Source: Naegleria gruberi (Eukaryota). Taken from it: 64,000 bases of DNA. The number at the start of each line of letters is the position of its first letter. Position 1 is the first letter of the stretch. The position numbers were made by a program, and so were the translations under genes. The notes under the pieces are model-generated. The model had not been told where the DNA came from. It saw only the letters and a list, made by a program, of their open reading frames with translations, and searched no databases. Shown here one piece after another: positions 31,295 to 42,600 of the stretch. The stretch is from NCBI GenBank assembly GCA_000004985.1, contig GG738882.1; one strand, written 5' to 3'.

Positions 31295-31960
31295 ATAATA
31301 TATATTACTACTGTATTAAATATCAATAATTAAACAATCTTGTTTTGATGCTACATTGAAAAAACACGTCCAGATGTTGGTGATATCCCTTAAAAATTAG
31401 TCCTTAAAAAAAACCAAAAGACCAACGACTAAAAAATTCAGGTAGAGACAAAAAACGATGCCATCATTAAAGAAGAACCAACATGGAACTCCCTGTTCTG
31501 TTATCATTCACCTTTCAACAATTTCTTCCCAAGCATCTTGACTTATATGATCTGGAAACTATCTCGATGGTGTTCTATTCAATAATCTATATGAAAATGA
31601 GAAGAATTCTTAATACAATTAACTATTCAATTGATGAAATCTGCTCAACTAAAGGAGAGAGTTGGGGAATGGATACTTGCTCTAATCCTGATTCCAAAAA
31701 GTTAGAGGAAATAGAAGATGGTAAATATGTAAACGCAAATTCATTTTGATATTGCTGTATTAATATGGGATTTATATTTATCTGAAGGAAATAAGGAACT
31801 GCGTACCATAAAAAACATTAATTATTTAATTGATCTTTTGATTTTCTGCAAAATAGAATGATGTTGTTGGTAACCCGCTAAAATATTTCCACGTAAATAT
31901 TTTTATTTTTTCATAAATTTTTTCGCACTTTTGTTAACAAAAATTCAAGTCAAACTTTAT

Positions 31961-32217
31961 TGATTTTCGTTAATAATTAACAAAAAAAACGAAATAAAAA
32001 CGTAAACGTTTGTTGGGAAAAAAATTTCAAATTTACAGGTAAATTAACGCTAAATTTTATCGTAAATTATTGACGATTTTTCAATAATGTTTAACGTTAA
32101 ATATTATTGAAAAATTGTTATCAAAAAACGTTAATCATTAGCGAAAAATCGTCAATATTTCACAATAAAATTTGACTCATAATTGTCATCAATCATTAAC
32201 GAAAAACTGTTAATGAT
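31961..32217. repeat. Cluster of CpG-containing palindromes/inverted repeats (AACGTT cores) in a 1.6-kb gene-free AT-rich intergenic region
   Basis: Read directly: tttcgtt(31965-71)/aacgaaa(31988-94) 7-bp inverted repeat; aaacgttt palindrome 32004-11; ttgacgatttttc(32070-82)/gaaaaatcgtcaa(32143-55) 13-bp inverted repeat; ttaacgttaa 10-bp palindrome 32091-32100; aacgtt 32127-32; tcattaac-N8-gttaatga 32194-32217. CpG is otherwise rare in flanking DNA. Confidence 0.35.
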
Positions 32218-32409
32218 TTACACACAACTCTAATAAAATTCCAAGTCGAGTTGTCGTCAATCCAAGTTCCGAAATTCCGACTAAATCCATCTGAAAAAAA
32301 ATATACTCACTCACTTCCTGCTTCCAACTAAAAGCGTTCACTTCCTCTCATCTAATTCATCAGAAATGAAACACCAACAAGCTACTTACCATTAAATTAT
32401 TCATCATTA

Positions 32410-32735
32410 TCCAATAAATCTATTGCATTTAAATTGAATAACTGTAAATAAATTAAATAAATTAAACAAATTACCATTAAATTATTGTAATACTCGTGAC
32501 TCACTCGATTGAATTAAAATCTTCATCAAATCAACCTCTGCAAATACCATTGCTGATTAATTAAACTGTTGAATATCAATTAATATTATTGTATTTAAAT
32601 TGAATAATTGTAAATAAATTAAACAAATTAAACAAATTACCATTAAATTATTGTAGTACTCCGACTCACCTATTGCATTAAAATCTTCATCAAATCAACC
32701 TACATAAATAAATTAAATAACAAATTACCATTACT
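32410..32735. repeat. Two copies of a roughly 150-bp AT-rich direct repeat (about 85% identical)
   Basis: Copy 1: attgcatttaaattgaataactgtaaataaattaaataaattaaacaaattaccattaaattattgtaatactcgtgactcac...aaaatcttcatcaaatcaacct. Copy 2 recurs about 175 bp downstream: attgtatttaaattgaataattgtaaataaattaaacaaattaaacaaattaccattaaattattgtagtactccgactcac...aaaatcttcatcaaatcaacct. Motif aaattaccatta appears 4 times. Confidence 0.5.
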
Positions 32736-32929
32736 TTGGGCCCTCTTTACATTCAATTTTACATAATAACAATTACCAACACAATTACATGAAGAAACTA
32801 AAATGATGATGAATTCAGAGTGAATAATCTAATAAAACAACTAACCGAAATTGTTGCAAGGAAGTTAAAATGTGTGTCTTCCCATTTTTTTTATTAAATT
32901 AAATTCCGAAAGGACGTGATTGTTTACAA

Positions 32930-33196
32930 TTAATTATCAGAATCAGTAGAACTGTTTGAATCTGTTGAAATTTCCTCTCTAACTCTCTTCTTACTGTTGT
33001 TCTTTTCATTCTTCTTCTTTGATTCATTATCACCTTTCTTCGATTTCTTCTTAGAGATCTCTTCAACTTCATTTACAGTGGATTCACTATTTGAATTCTC
33101 ACCCTCCAATTTTGCTTTAGCTTTGCTCTTGATTGTTCTAAAAACATTCTTGTACTTGGTAAGCTTGTTCTTATTTCTCTCAATACTTTTGCCCAT
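32930..33196 (-). CDS. Small Lys/Ser-rich hypothetical protein (88 aa)
   Basis: ORF MGKSIERNKNKLTKYKNVFRTIKSKAKAKLEGEN...KKKSKKGDNESKKKNEKNNSKKRVREE. Highly basic, low complexity. Could be a nucleolar or ribosome-associated protein, or spurious. Confidence 0.3.
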   Translation of the reverse strand: MGKSIERNKNKLTKYKNVFRTIKSKAKAKLEGENSNSESTVNEVEEISKKKSKKGDNESKKKNEKNNSKKRVREEISTDSNSSTDSDN

Positions 33197-34011
33197 ACAT
33201 TCGAAAATAATCTTGAATAACGTAATGTTGAATAGTCAAGTGCGATAATCGGATGATATCTTGATTTTGGACTTTGGTGAACCAGCTTAGGTATTATCTG
33301 AATCTGAATCCGAATCTGATCAGGGCATGAAATCAAAATCTCCAATTTTAAATCAAGATTGAAAGGCAACTCTCTCAAATTTGTTGCTATGATAAAGAAC
33401 TGGAATCATGGCCATCCTTCTCCAAAAAGGCAGAATTCATTGCTAAAGGGCAGTACAATCAACAGCATTTTACAAGTTCAGTTCACAGAAAATTTGGAGG
33501 TGCCTTCTTTACGGAAACAAATCTTGCTAATCCTTTAACACCTGCAGAACAAGTTCAATAGAATCCATTACGTATTAAGATACGTGTCAATTATGTGATT
33601 TTCTTGATCTGAATGAACCCTTAAATTCAGGACAATGTATTGCTGGCAACTATGTAGTGAGTAAGAAACGAGATGCTTTGATACAAAAACAAAGAAGGTT
33701 TGTCAGGTTGAGTCCTTTTCTAATGACTTTTATTCAATACAGCTTGCTATTGAAGATCCAAAACGTATCATTGAGATATCAAGGAAAAAAGGTTCCGTGT
33801 GTTATTCTTGACCCTTCCAAACAGGCCTAACAAGTATATTCCAGTTCATTACAACAATCAATACATTTAATATATGACTTGATTAATTTCAAGACTTGGC
33901 GAAATTTCAAATAGTTTCGAAAAAATTTACAAGTCGAGCTTGGGCAATTCTACATTTCGCTCACATCGCAAAAATCCATTAACAAAAAATCGTTAACAGT
34001 CAAGCCAGCAT

Positions 34012-35127
34012 TTGCGAAAAGGGTTTAGCGGGATAATCGGAACTCAAACGAAAAAAATGGAAAAACACTCAACACAACATTTATCGGAATCATTGGAAAC
34101 AAGGAAGAAACAAGATTTTAATGATGATACAATTTATGAAATTTTGTCTTTTTTTAATGATTTTAAATTTATTGTAATGAATTGTGCATTGGTGTCCAAG
34201 CAGTGGTTGAATGTTGTTTTATCATCATGTCGTCATCTTTCATTGGAATGTGGAAGAAAAGTCGAACTGAATGGCCAATTTTTACAAAATATTGCAACTC
34301 TAGAGATTAATACCACTTTTGATAATTACAAAAAACTTGTCTTGATGAAATCACTAACTGAACTTATTGGTTGTAACAATAATATTGGTAATGAAGGAGC
34401 TAAATATATTAGCAAATTGAAACAATTAACTCATCTTTATATTCTTAACAACGAAATTGATGATGAAGGAGCAAAATATATAAGTGAATTGAACCAATTG
34501 GTCAGTCTTGATATTTCTTACAATAATATTGGTGTTGAAGGTGCTAAATACATCAGTGAATTGAAACAATTGACCAATCTTGATATCTCTGTCAATCACA
34601 TTGGTGCTGAAGGAGCTCAACACATAGCAGAAATGAATCAATTAACCATTCTTAATATTTCCACCAATAATATTGGCTATGAAGGAGCTAAATATATTGG
34701 CAAATTGAAACAATTGACATGTCTTACTATTTTTAACAACAATATTGATGTTGAAGGAGCTAAATACATTAGTGAAATGAAACAATTGACCGATCTTAAT
34801 ATTTCTTACAATAATATTGATGTTGAAGGAGCTAAATACATTAGCGAATTGAAACAATTGACCGATCTCGATATTTCTATCAATCAAATTGGTGCTAAAG
34901 GAGTTCAATACATAGCGGAAATGAATCAATTAACCATTCTTTCTGCTTCTCACAATAATATTGGTGATGAAGGAGCTAAATACATTAGTGAAATGAAACA
35001 ATTGACCAATCTTGATATTTCCAACAATAGCATTAGCAATGAAGGAGTAAAATGTATAGAGGAAATGAAACACTTAACAGTTCTAAATATACGTCAGCCA
35101 GTCATGTTTAGTTTTAAAATAGCCTGA
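34012..35127 (+). CDS. F-box-like / leucine-rich repeat (RNI-type) protein; likely true start at Met 34057
   Basis: N-terminus DDTIYEILSFFNDFKFIVMNCALVSKQWLNVV is F-box-like. It is followed by about 11 tandem 24-aa LRRs of consensus L(T/V)xLxIxxNNIGxEGAKYISE(L/M)KQ. Confidence 0.7.
   Translation: MRKGFSGIIGTQTKKMEKHSTQHLSESLETRKKQDFNDDTIYEILSFFNDFKFIVMNCALVSKQWLNVVLSSCRHLSLECGRKVELNGQFLQNIATLEINTTFDNYKKLVLMKSLTELIGCNNNIGNEGAKYISKLKQLTHLYILNNEIDDEGAKYISELNQLVSLDISYNNIGVEGAKYISELKQLTNLDISVNHIGAEGAQHIAEMNQLTILNISTNNIGYEGAKYIGKLKQLTCLTIFNNNIDVEGAKYISEMKQLTDLNISYNNIDVEGAKYISELKQLTDLDISINQIGAKGVQYIAEMNQLTILSASHNNIGDEGAKYISEMKQLTNLDISNNSISNEGVKCIEEMKHLTVLNIRQPVMFSFKIA
34380..35095 (+). repeat. Tandem 72-bp coding repeats (LRR units) with high nucleotide identity
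   Basis: Adjacent units are near-identical at the DNA level. Example: gaaggagctaaatacattagtgaaatgaaacaattgaccgatcttaatatttcttacaataatattgatgtt vs gaaggagctaaatacattagcgaattgaaacaattgaccgatctcgatatttctatcaatcaaattggtgct. The minus-strand ORFs 34426..34641 and 34642..34929 are antisense artifacts of this repeat. Confidence 0.7.
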
Positions 35128-35522
35128 AACTGGCCAAGTTGACTTCTAATGATATATAATAACACCACATAAAATTAACAGTACGCGACAGTCTATATAA
35201 AACTACTATTCATGAATTGTAATGTTTTCAAACGGTATTTCACGAGATAATAATCAATGTGCCATTATGAAAAATTACAATTTTAATTACAACAGCTTAA
35301 AAACAACATTTTCTGAATTATTTCACATGGTAATCTATTTTTCGCTGTTGATTACTAAATCTGAATCCTTACTTTAAAAAATGTCAAAACCTTGAAGTAG
35401 GTAAGGTCTTGCTCCTCTAAGTAAAATGCAATCCATTGGCGTTCCATTTCGAATGAAATCTCATAGCACACGACGTAATCTTTAACACAACAAATCCAAA
35501 AATAATCACAAAAAATTGGCCA

Positions 35523-38500
35523 ATGACACGACTCATCCATCAACCTGCTCTGACATGGAGGTTCCAACATCTCCTTCTCCTTTTGTTGTTGCTCAGCTTC
35601 ATTCTACTAGCACATCAGCAAGCAGAAGAAGAATTTCTTGATATTTTCCTTGAATATAGAAACGGAAAGGATTCTCCATCATGTTCTTCATTGCTTCATC
35701 CATGTAGAAGTATTGATTATGCTCTCGATTTATTATCATCATCAAATAATACCAATATTCGAATTAATTTATTGGATGATTATGTTCCTTGTGATTGGAA
35801 ATTTAAAAATTCAAATATTACAAAATTGTTAATATCTTCATCGAATAAGAGAAGTTTTAGTTGTTCTATTGGAGTAGAGGCGACGATTGTGCCATTTGTC
35901 AGATTTCAAAATTTGAATTTGAGGCTTTCAGGAGTTTTTAAAGGAAGTGAATTAGAGGTTGTCGATTGTTTGCTTTATTATTTTTATGCTATATATAATG
36001 GTAGTTTGACTCTGGATAATGTTACTGTTGGAAGTGAATTTATATTGAATGCTTTGCAACAGTCAACTGTATTGACTAGTTCAGAAACTATTGAAAAATG
36101 GGGAACAAAGATACATATTAATTCTGGTGCTATTGAAAAAAGAGAGGGTAAGATTTTGATTAGGAATTCTAGATTTATGGGAGTGGCTATGAGTGCACTT
36201 TACTATTGGGATGGTAATTTGCAAATTGAGAATTGTTCATTTGATTATTCTTTAATTCAATTCGAGTCTGGCCAAATCTATGCAACAGGAAATAATGACC
36301 TTGGAAGACCTGATTTTGTAGTTAGTAGATCTAATTTCTCAAAATCATCTTTTCAATTCGTTGAAGCCAAAAGTGTTACCATTTCGAATAGTCTTTTCAC
36401 CAACAATCTTCCAACTCATATTGGAAAGGTATTTGCAACCTTTAACGCTAAAACAGAATATCCTGCCCTGTATTTATCATCTCTATCTATTCTCAATGTA
36501 AAGATTGATGAAAGCAAATTTACAGGATGTGACATTGTTGGAGCTTTATATTTGGAAGGTGTAGGAATTTATGCAAATATTCAAAATACAATATTTAGTG
36601 GAAACTCAAACAGAAGGGGAGGATCTGCAATAACTGTAAAAGATATTTACAAGTTACATGTTCGTGCAACATTATTCGAAAACAATAATCAGTTATTCGA
36701 ATCGAACAATCTAAAACCAGATGAAGGTGTGGGTGGTGGTTCTATTTTTCAATATCAATCCATGCTTCAGGTTGTTCGGTGCTATTTTTTTAATAATTCA
36801 GCATTAATAGGTGGTGCTATTTTTTCTCAATACGCAAAACAATTTCAATCTTCAAGCAATGTGAGTATTACCAAGTTTTAATTGAAAATTCTAATGCCCA
36901 AAGATGTTTGAAAATAATACAGCTGTTTATGGAGGTGCCTATGCTGCCATTGATTCATTATATACAACAAATATAAAGCTGGAATATTCTTATTTTAATT
37001 GGAATAAGGCCAGCAAATATGGTGGTGCGATTTTCACACTGAAATCTTCACTTTTTTTAGGGCTAGAAAGTTCAGTTTCTGAAAATTATGCTTCCATATT
37101 GGGAGGTGGATTATATACTATTGGAACTAGATCTACAACAACAGGCAATGCCTACTCGAATAACTATTGTGGAAATGGAACACTTTCAAATTATGCATCC
37201 TTTCCAGAGTTTATTTCTTTAACAATTCCAGAAAAACAATTGAATTACACTAATCATATGGGAAATACTAGTATTCCACAATTCGAAATATCATTCGGTG
37301 AGAAAGTTACCCTAAATATTGATATATTTGATCAAATAATTGATCCAACTGTCAATTCATTGACAGAATATGATATTGAAGTCTTTGTCTCAAATAGTAA
37401 CCATGTAGTAGAGTTTCAGAAAATTTCTTCCAATGTTTTGAATGGAATTCTATATTCCAGATCTGAAAAGGAACTATCTGATAGAAATTCCACTTTAACC
37501 TTTACGATCAAAACAACATTATTTACTAAAGAAAGTTATTCTTCAAGTATTTCCATTCCAATTAGAGCAACTCGGTGTAGACCTTGGTTTAGTTTGCAAC
37601 GTGAACAAAAGATTGTAAAAGGAGATTTTGCATATTCATGCCAATTTAACACTCCTCTTATTATTCCATTTATATTTATTGCTTTCTTTATCATTAGTTG
37701 TTTGGCTTGCATTGTAATCACATTTGGTTGTGTTAAATTTCAAGGAATGAGGAGTAAGATTAAAATTCTCCATAAGAAAGAACAAGCAGAAGTGGAATTA
37801 ACTCAAAAATTGTTAGATTTGCAATCTCTGTATGCTTCAGAATTGGAGAGTAAACACTCAATCAAGAATTGGTTAATCAAGCTTGAAGATATTAAGGTTA
37901 TAAAGAAAATTGGAGAAGGAGGCATGGGTGTTGTCTATTTAGCATAGTAAGTTTTAGTATTTCATTTAAAGAGTGATTTCTGACATATCAAAGTTGGAAG
38001 AATGTTGAAGTTGCTTTGAAGAGTATCAAAATAGACGATGATGAAATGGATACTACTGAATTTGAACATGAATCTTCAATGCTTTCATCAATGAGACATC
38101 CAAATATTGTAAACTTTTATGGAGTTGTTCTTTCTGAACAATCCAAATTTATGGTAACTGAATATATGAATGGAGGTTGTTTGGAAAAGTTGATATACGA
38201 ATGTAAAATGAAGAAGAAGCATCTCACTTTGAAACAAAAAATTTCAATTCTTATTGGAATTTCAAATGGAATGAGTTATTTACATGGAGGAAAGGATAAT
38301 TGTATGATTATTCATAGGTGAGTTATTGAAAATGTAAATTATACTAATAGAAGTGATTCAGAGATTTAAAACCTGGAAATATTTTACTTTCTAATGATTT
38401 ATCACCAAAAGTTTGCGATTTTGGATTATCAAAACTTTCCAATGAGAGTTCAAACACTACCAAAACAGGACACGTTGGCACATTGCTTTTCATGAGTCCA

Positions 38501-38992
38501 GAAATTCTATTAGGTAAACATTACAATGAAAAATCAGATGTCTATAGTTTTGCAATCATCATGTGGCAATTAATGTTTGATGAGAATTTATTATTCCAAC
38601 ACAATTATGGAACTAATCAAAAGTTTTCCACAATCATGTCAAAACAGGAAATTGACACATTTGCTCAACTTGCCAATCAGACTTCTCTCCTACTAGTTCC
38701 AAAACTAATATCTGAAGGATTACGTTTGCCTCTTCCTACATTGCCAATTAATTCTCATTCACAAATAATGAAAATGTGGATTAGAGAATATTTCGTTATG
38801 GATGATTTGAAATATTCGAATCAAAATATGAGAATGAGTATTGCACAAGTCGATCCATTTGATAAGTATTTAACAGCTCTTAATTCAGTATTTTCATTGA
38901 TAAGCTCTTCGTGGCGTGAAGATTTTGAAAAAAGACCTTCATTTACAAATCTTGCTGAAGAATTATTAGAGATTAGAAATAAATTAGATTAA
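35523..38992 (+). CDS. Receptor-like transmembrane protein kinase with Pmp-type (FxxN/GGAI) beta-helix ectodomain, 4 exons (35523..36860, 36904..37946, 37994..38317, 38362..38992), about 1111 aa
   Basis: Signal peptide HLLLLLLLLSFILLAHQQA. Ectodomain has paired FxxN...GGA[ILV] motifs: FFNNSALIGGAIFSQ, FENNTAVYGGAYAAI, FNWNKASKYGGAIFTL, ILGGGLYTI, GGSAITV. TM helix IIPFIFIAFFIISCLACIVITFGCV. Kinase subdomains are split by introns: GEGGMGVVYLA / intron GTAAGT 37947..37993 (47 nt) / Y-WKNVEVALKS (VAIK-like Lys) ... IIH / intron GTGAGT 38318..38361 (44 nt, contains TACTAAT) / RDLKPGNILL ... DFGLSK ... GTLLFMSPE. First intron GTGAGT 36861..36903 (43 nt). All joins are in frame. Confidence 0.7.
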
Positions 38993-39312
38993 ATGTTGTT
39001 CTATCAAAGATTCCTTATGAGTAGAATGTTCAGACAAACAACACTCAATACTTTTCCACCAAATCCAACACTAGCAACGAATTATACCTTTCCAGCAGAG
39101 AAATTTACTTGACAGGTTCAGTACCTGATCTCCAAAATGCAATGACAACAATATGGGAATGAATATCTATTCGAAAGAGAATTTGCCTCAACAGAATTGG
39201 CAAATCTTTTCAATCATAGTGGAAATATCGACGAAGCCTTGTTAATATTGGAAGCAAGCTTACAAAGATGAAAAAGCACAAGATTAGAACTTGACAAAAA
39301 GTAAAATGAACC

Positions 39313-39384
39313 CTCCCGTGCCGGGAATTGAACCCGGATCTCCTGGGTGAGAGCCAGGTATCTTAGCCATTGGACCACACGGGA
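39313..39384 (-). tRNA. tRNA-Glu: tRNA-Glu (anticodon CUC)
   Basis: The reverse complement gives TCCCGTG T GGTCCAATGGCTAAGATA CCTGG CTCTCAC CCAGG AGATCCGGGTTCAATTCCCGGCACGGGA G. The 7-bp acceptor stem TCCCGTG pairs with CACGGGA. Anticodon stem CCTGG/CCAGG with loop CTCTCAC (anticodon CTC). T-arm CCGGG TTCAATT CCCGG. 72 nt. Confidence 0.8.
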
Positions 39385-39618
39385 TTCTTGTGTATTTTCA
39401 AAAATTGTTTATGTATGAGGGAAACAACAGTTACATTTTGTTATATTAGTGTATTTATTATTTATTAACTATTAATACTCTTACCCAAACAAGACACCAG
39501 CGAGTTTAGCTTGCAAGGGTAGAGACCAAAAGTGAGTACCAAAACTTTTCATCAATCTTGTTCGCGCCAATGATAACCAGTACCACAAAACCAAACAAAA
39601 AAATGGATTAAAGCAATT

Positions 39619-42600
39619 TTATTTAAACTTGATTTTCTGAAGCATCTCCTTCATCAACCGTATCAACATTACCACTATTATCATTATCATCTGCACTAAC
39701 AACTTGGTCAGCAGATTTTTCATCCTTTGATTCTTCTTCAACCACTTGCTTTTCATTGTTTTCAATTTTGTAGTGGCGGATTCTTCCAATTCAATTTCAT
39801 CAGAAGTGATAATATTTTCGGCTGGTTTTTCAATTTCTGGAGGAGAAACTATTGTTGGTACTTCTTCAACTGGTTGTTCAATAGTAACCAAAGGCTCGGA
39901 AGAAGGTTCAAGTGTAGTTTCTTGTGGTTGTTGATCATCTAAAGTAGGGGTTACCTCTTCCATTTCAATATCCTTAGCAGCTTGCTCTGCAACTACTTCT
40001 TTAATTAGTTTATCTTCTTTCTTCTTTCGTATAGCAACTATTACAACTACACCAGCAGTGGCTATTAAAACAAGTACCACCAAAGTAACTGATACACCAA
40101 TAGCAACGTCATCATTCATTATAGCAATTAAGCCACTTGATTTTGTTGGATGACTAATTGTGCTTGTATCTGTATTTGGAATTGAGCTGTGATTTGGATT
40201 GACAGTAGAATTAGTAGGTGAGGTAGTATTTGTAGTTGAAGTATTATTACTAACTGTGGTAGTATTGGTGACAGAGGTATTATTGCTAACTGTTGTGGTA
40301 TTAGTAACTGTTGTAGTATTAGTGACAGAAGTGGTATTAGTAATCTCAGTTGTGTTCTTAACTTGTTCAACAGTATCTTGTTCAACAGTGGAGAACAAAC
40401 CAATAGTGAAAGTACCAGTACGTTTAACTTGAACAGAGAATGTACTTGTATCATTTGAGGCAATAGTACAATCAGATGATTCAACATAGGTAGTTCCATT
40501 CAATTCCATACACTTATAGGATTGGACAATCTTTCTAGTTTGTGGAGTTCTTTCAATTGACAATGTAGCCAAAGTTTCATTTGAGACAATATTCAATGAA
40601 TTTGTGGAATCGAAAACGTAGAATTCAAATGATTTAGAGGCAGCTGTAAGATTGTAACCTGATGTTGGTGTAGAAACCTTCATATAAAGCTTGACATTTT
40701 CAATTTCAGCTAGTTCAGGAAGTGAAGTAACTGCTTCATTAATCTTGAATGAGGATTTATCATTGACAAATTCATTCAATCCAGAGAGAGTAGGAACACT
40801 GACTAATCTGGCATAAGAATAAGATCCAATACCTTCACCTCTAATAGCAGGCATGTCAGAAACAACATTCTTAATTTCACATTCAACCAAATTGGCGAAA
40901 ACATTATCTAACTTGGCCAAATCACTTGTTGTAAGTTTACGAGACTTGGTTGATCTAAGCCTCATCAAATTACGAGCTTGAGAAAGTGAGGAAGTTACAC
41001 GACTTTCTAAAACACCTGCTGAACCCTTGGTAGAATCAATTTGATCGGCTCCCATCTTTACAGAACCACTTGAAGAAGCTCCTGAAATTGTATTATCCAA
41101 ATTATCGACAACCTTTGAAACAGTGTCATCATTCAAAGTACCAACACAACCACTGATGGATGAAATTACGGAAATCTTTGAATTGGTGGATTCAGTGCTT
41201 TGTTCAGTGAGAGATTCCTCAGTAGATGTTTGATCAAAGTATTTGTTAACAAAGTTAGAAGCAGCTTCTTGGAATTGTTGAGCTTGCTCAGCATTTGTTG
41301 GAGAAACAGAACCAATAACACTCATGACAGATGCCATTGATGAAACAGAGACAGATCCTTGATCAGAAGAGAGTGTATCGAGAGCACTGATAGCATCTGG
41401 AAGAGAGACAACTACTTGTTGAGTTGTTTCTGATGCAGCACCCATAGAGTCATAGACAATGACCTTAATATCCAATTCACCAGCTGGGAGTGTAACAGAG
41501 ATTGACTTGGTTTCTGACTTTTGTGAGAGAATATTCCATGTAGAATCGTTTTGTTTCTTATATTGGAATTCGTAGAAGAGTGGTGATTGTGGATCAGACC
41601 AACCATTACCACATTTAATCTTGAATTCATCCTTCAATGCAACACCTGTGGATGGAGAAACTTCAAATTCACCCAAAGTTGGAGGAGAGTTAACAGTGAA
41701 TTGAATAGAGGCAGAACCCTTCTTCTTACCATCTACAATTGTAACATCAACCTTATAAGTAGCACCAGGAGCAAGTAGAGATTTTGGAATTGTGATATAC
41801 TTCTTGGAAACAACAATTGAAGAATCAAATTCCATATCTGATGATGACCATGTGAAAACTCTTTGATTTGTCAAACTATCCAATACAGAAGTTTGCAAGA
41901 CCAAATCAACAGATGGATCTAATGAGGTTAAATCTGTATCTTTTGGTGGTTGAATTTGGACACGAATCAATCTAGATTTTGGTTCATCCAAGATTGTTAT
42001 TTGGAGAGAAGCTTGAGCCTTTCTTGTTCCTTTAACAAAGCTAGCTGTGAAGAGATACAAACCAGGTTCCATTTGATTGACAAACTGAAGACTTGTTTGA
42101 TCAATATTATTTTCATTAGCTTGGAAACCATTACACATTTCTGCTGTATCAGTATTCATACATGTCAATGAGACAATACCATCAGTTGAGCTTGGAGCAC
42201 TTGGATCAGACTTGTAGACAGAGAATTTAACATCGTTTTCAAATGATTGAGACAAGTCTTTAACACTGAATGCAACCTTCAATGGTAATGCCTTTGCAAC
42301 AACCTTGAAATGAACAACAGTGTCTGAGGCACCTTCTTGAGAAACAGTCAAGACAAAGTAGTAATCACCTTCTTCAGTAATCTTGGTAAAGTCATTACCA
42401 AATACTAACAATTCATTTTGAGTCTTAATTTCAACAGCAGTTTGAGGATAGCCAGGATCTTGTTGATAATTGTAAGTGATTGGACCTGTACCCTTATAAC
42501 ATTTTGGAGTCGAAATCATTGGAGTAATGACAGCCTTGCTACCAATTGTGAATGTAGATTCAAGACCATCCTTAAGTGTAACAAATGGTGCAGTATTTTC

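Noticed and set aside
34426-34929. Two minus-strand ORFs (71 and 95 aa) with repeated NIIVRNIKxGQLxQF units
   Set aside because: They are the antisense translation of the 72-bp LRR tandem repeats. The periodicity is inherited from the sense-strand repeat.
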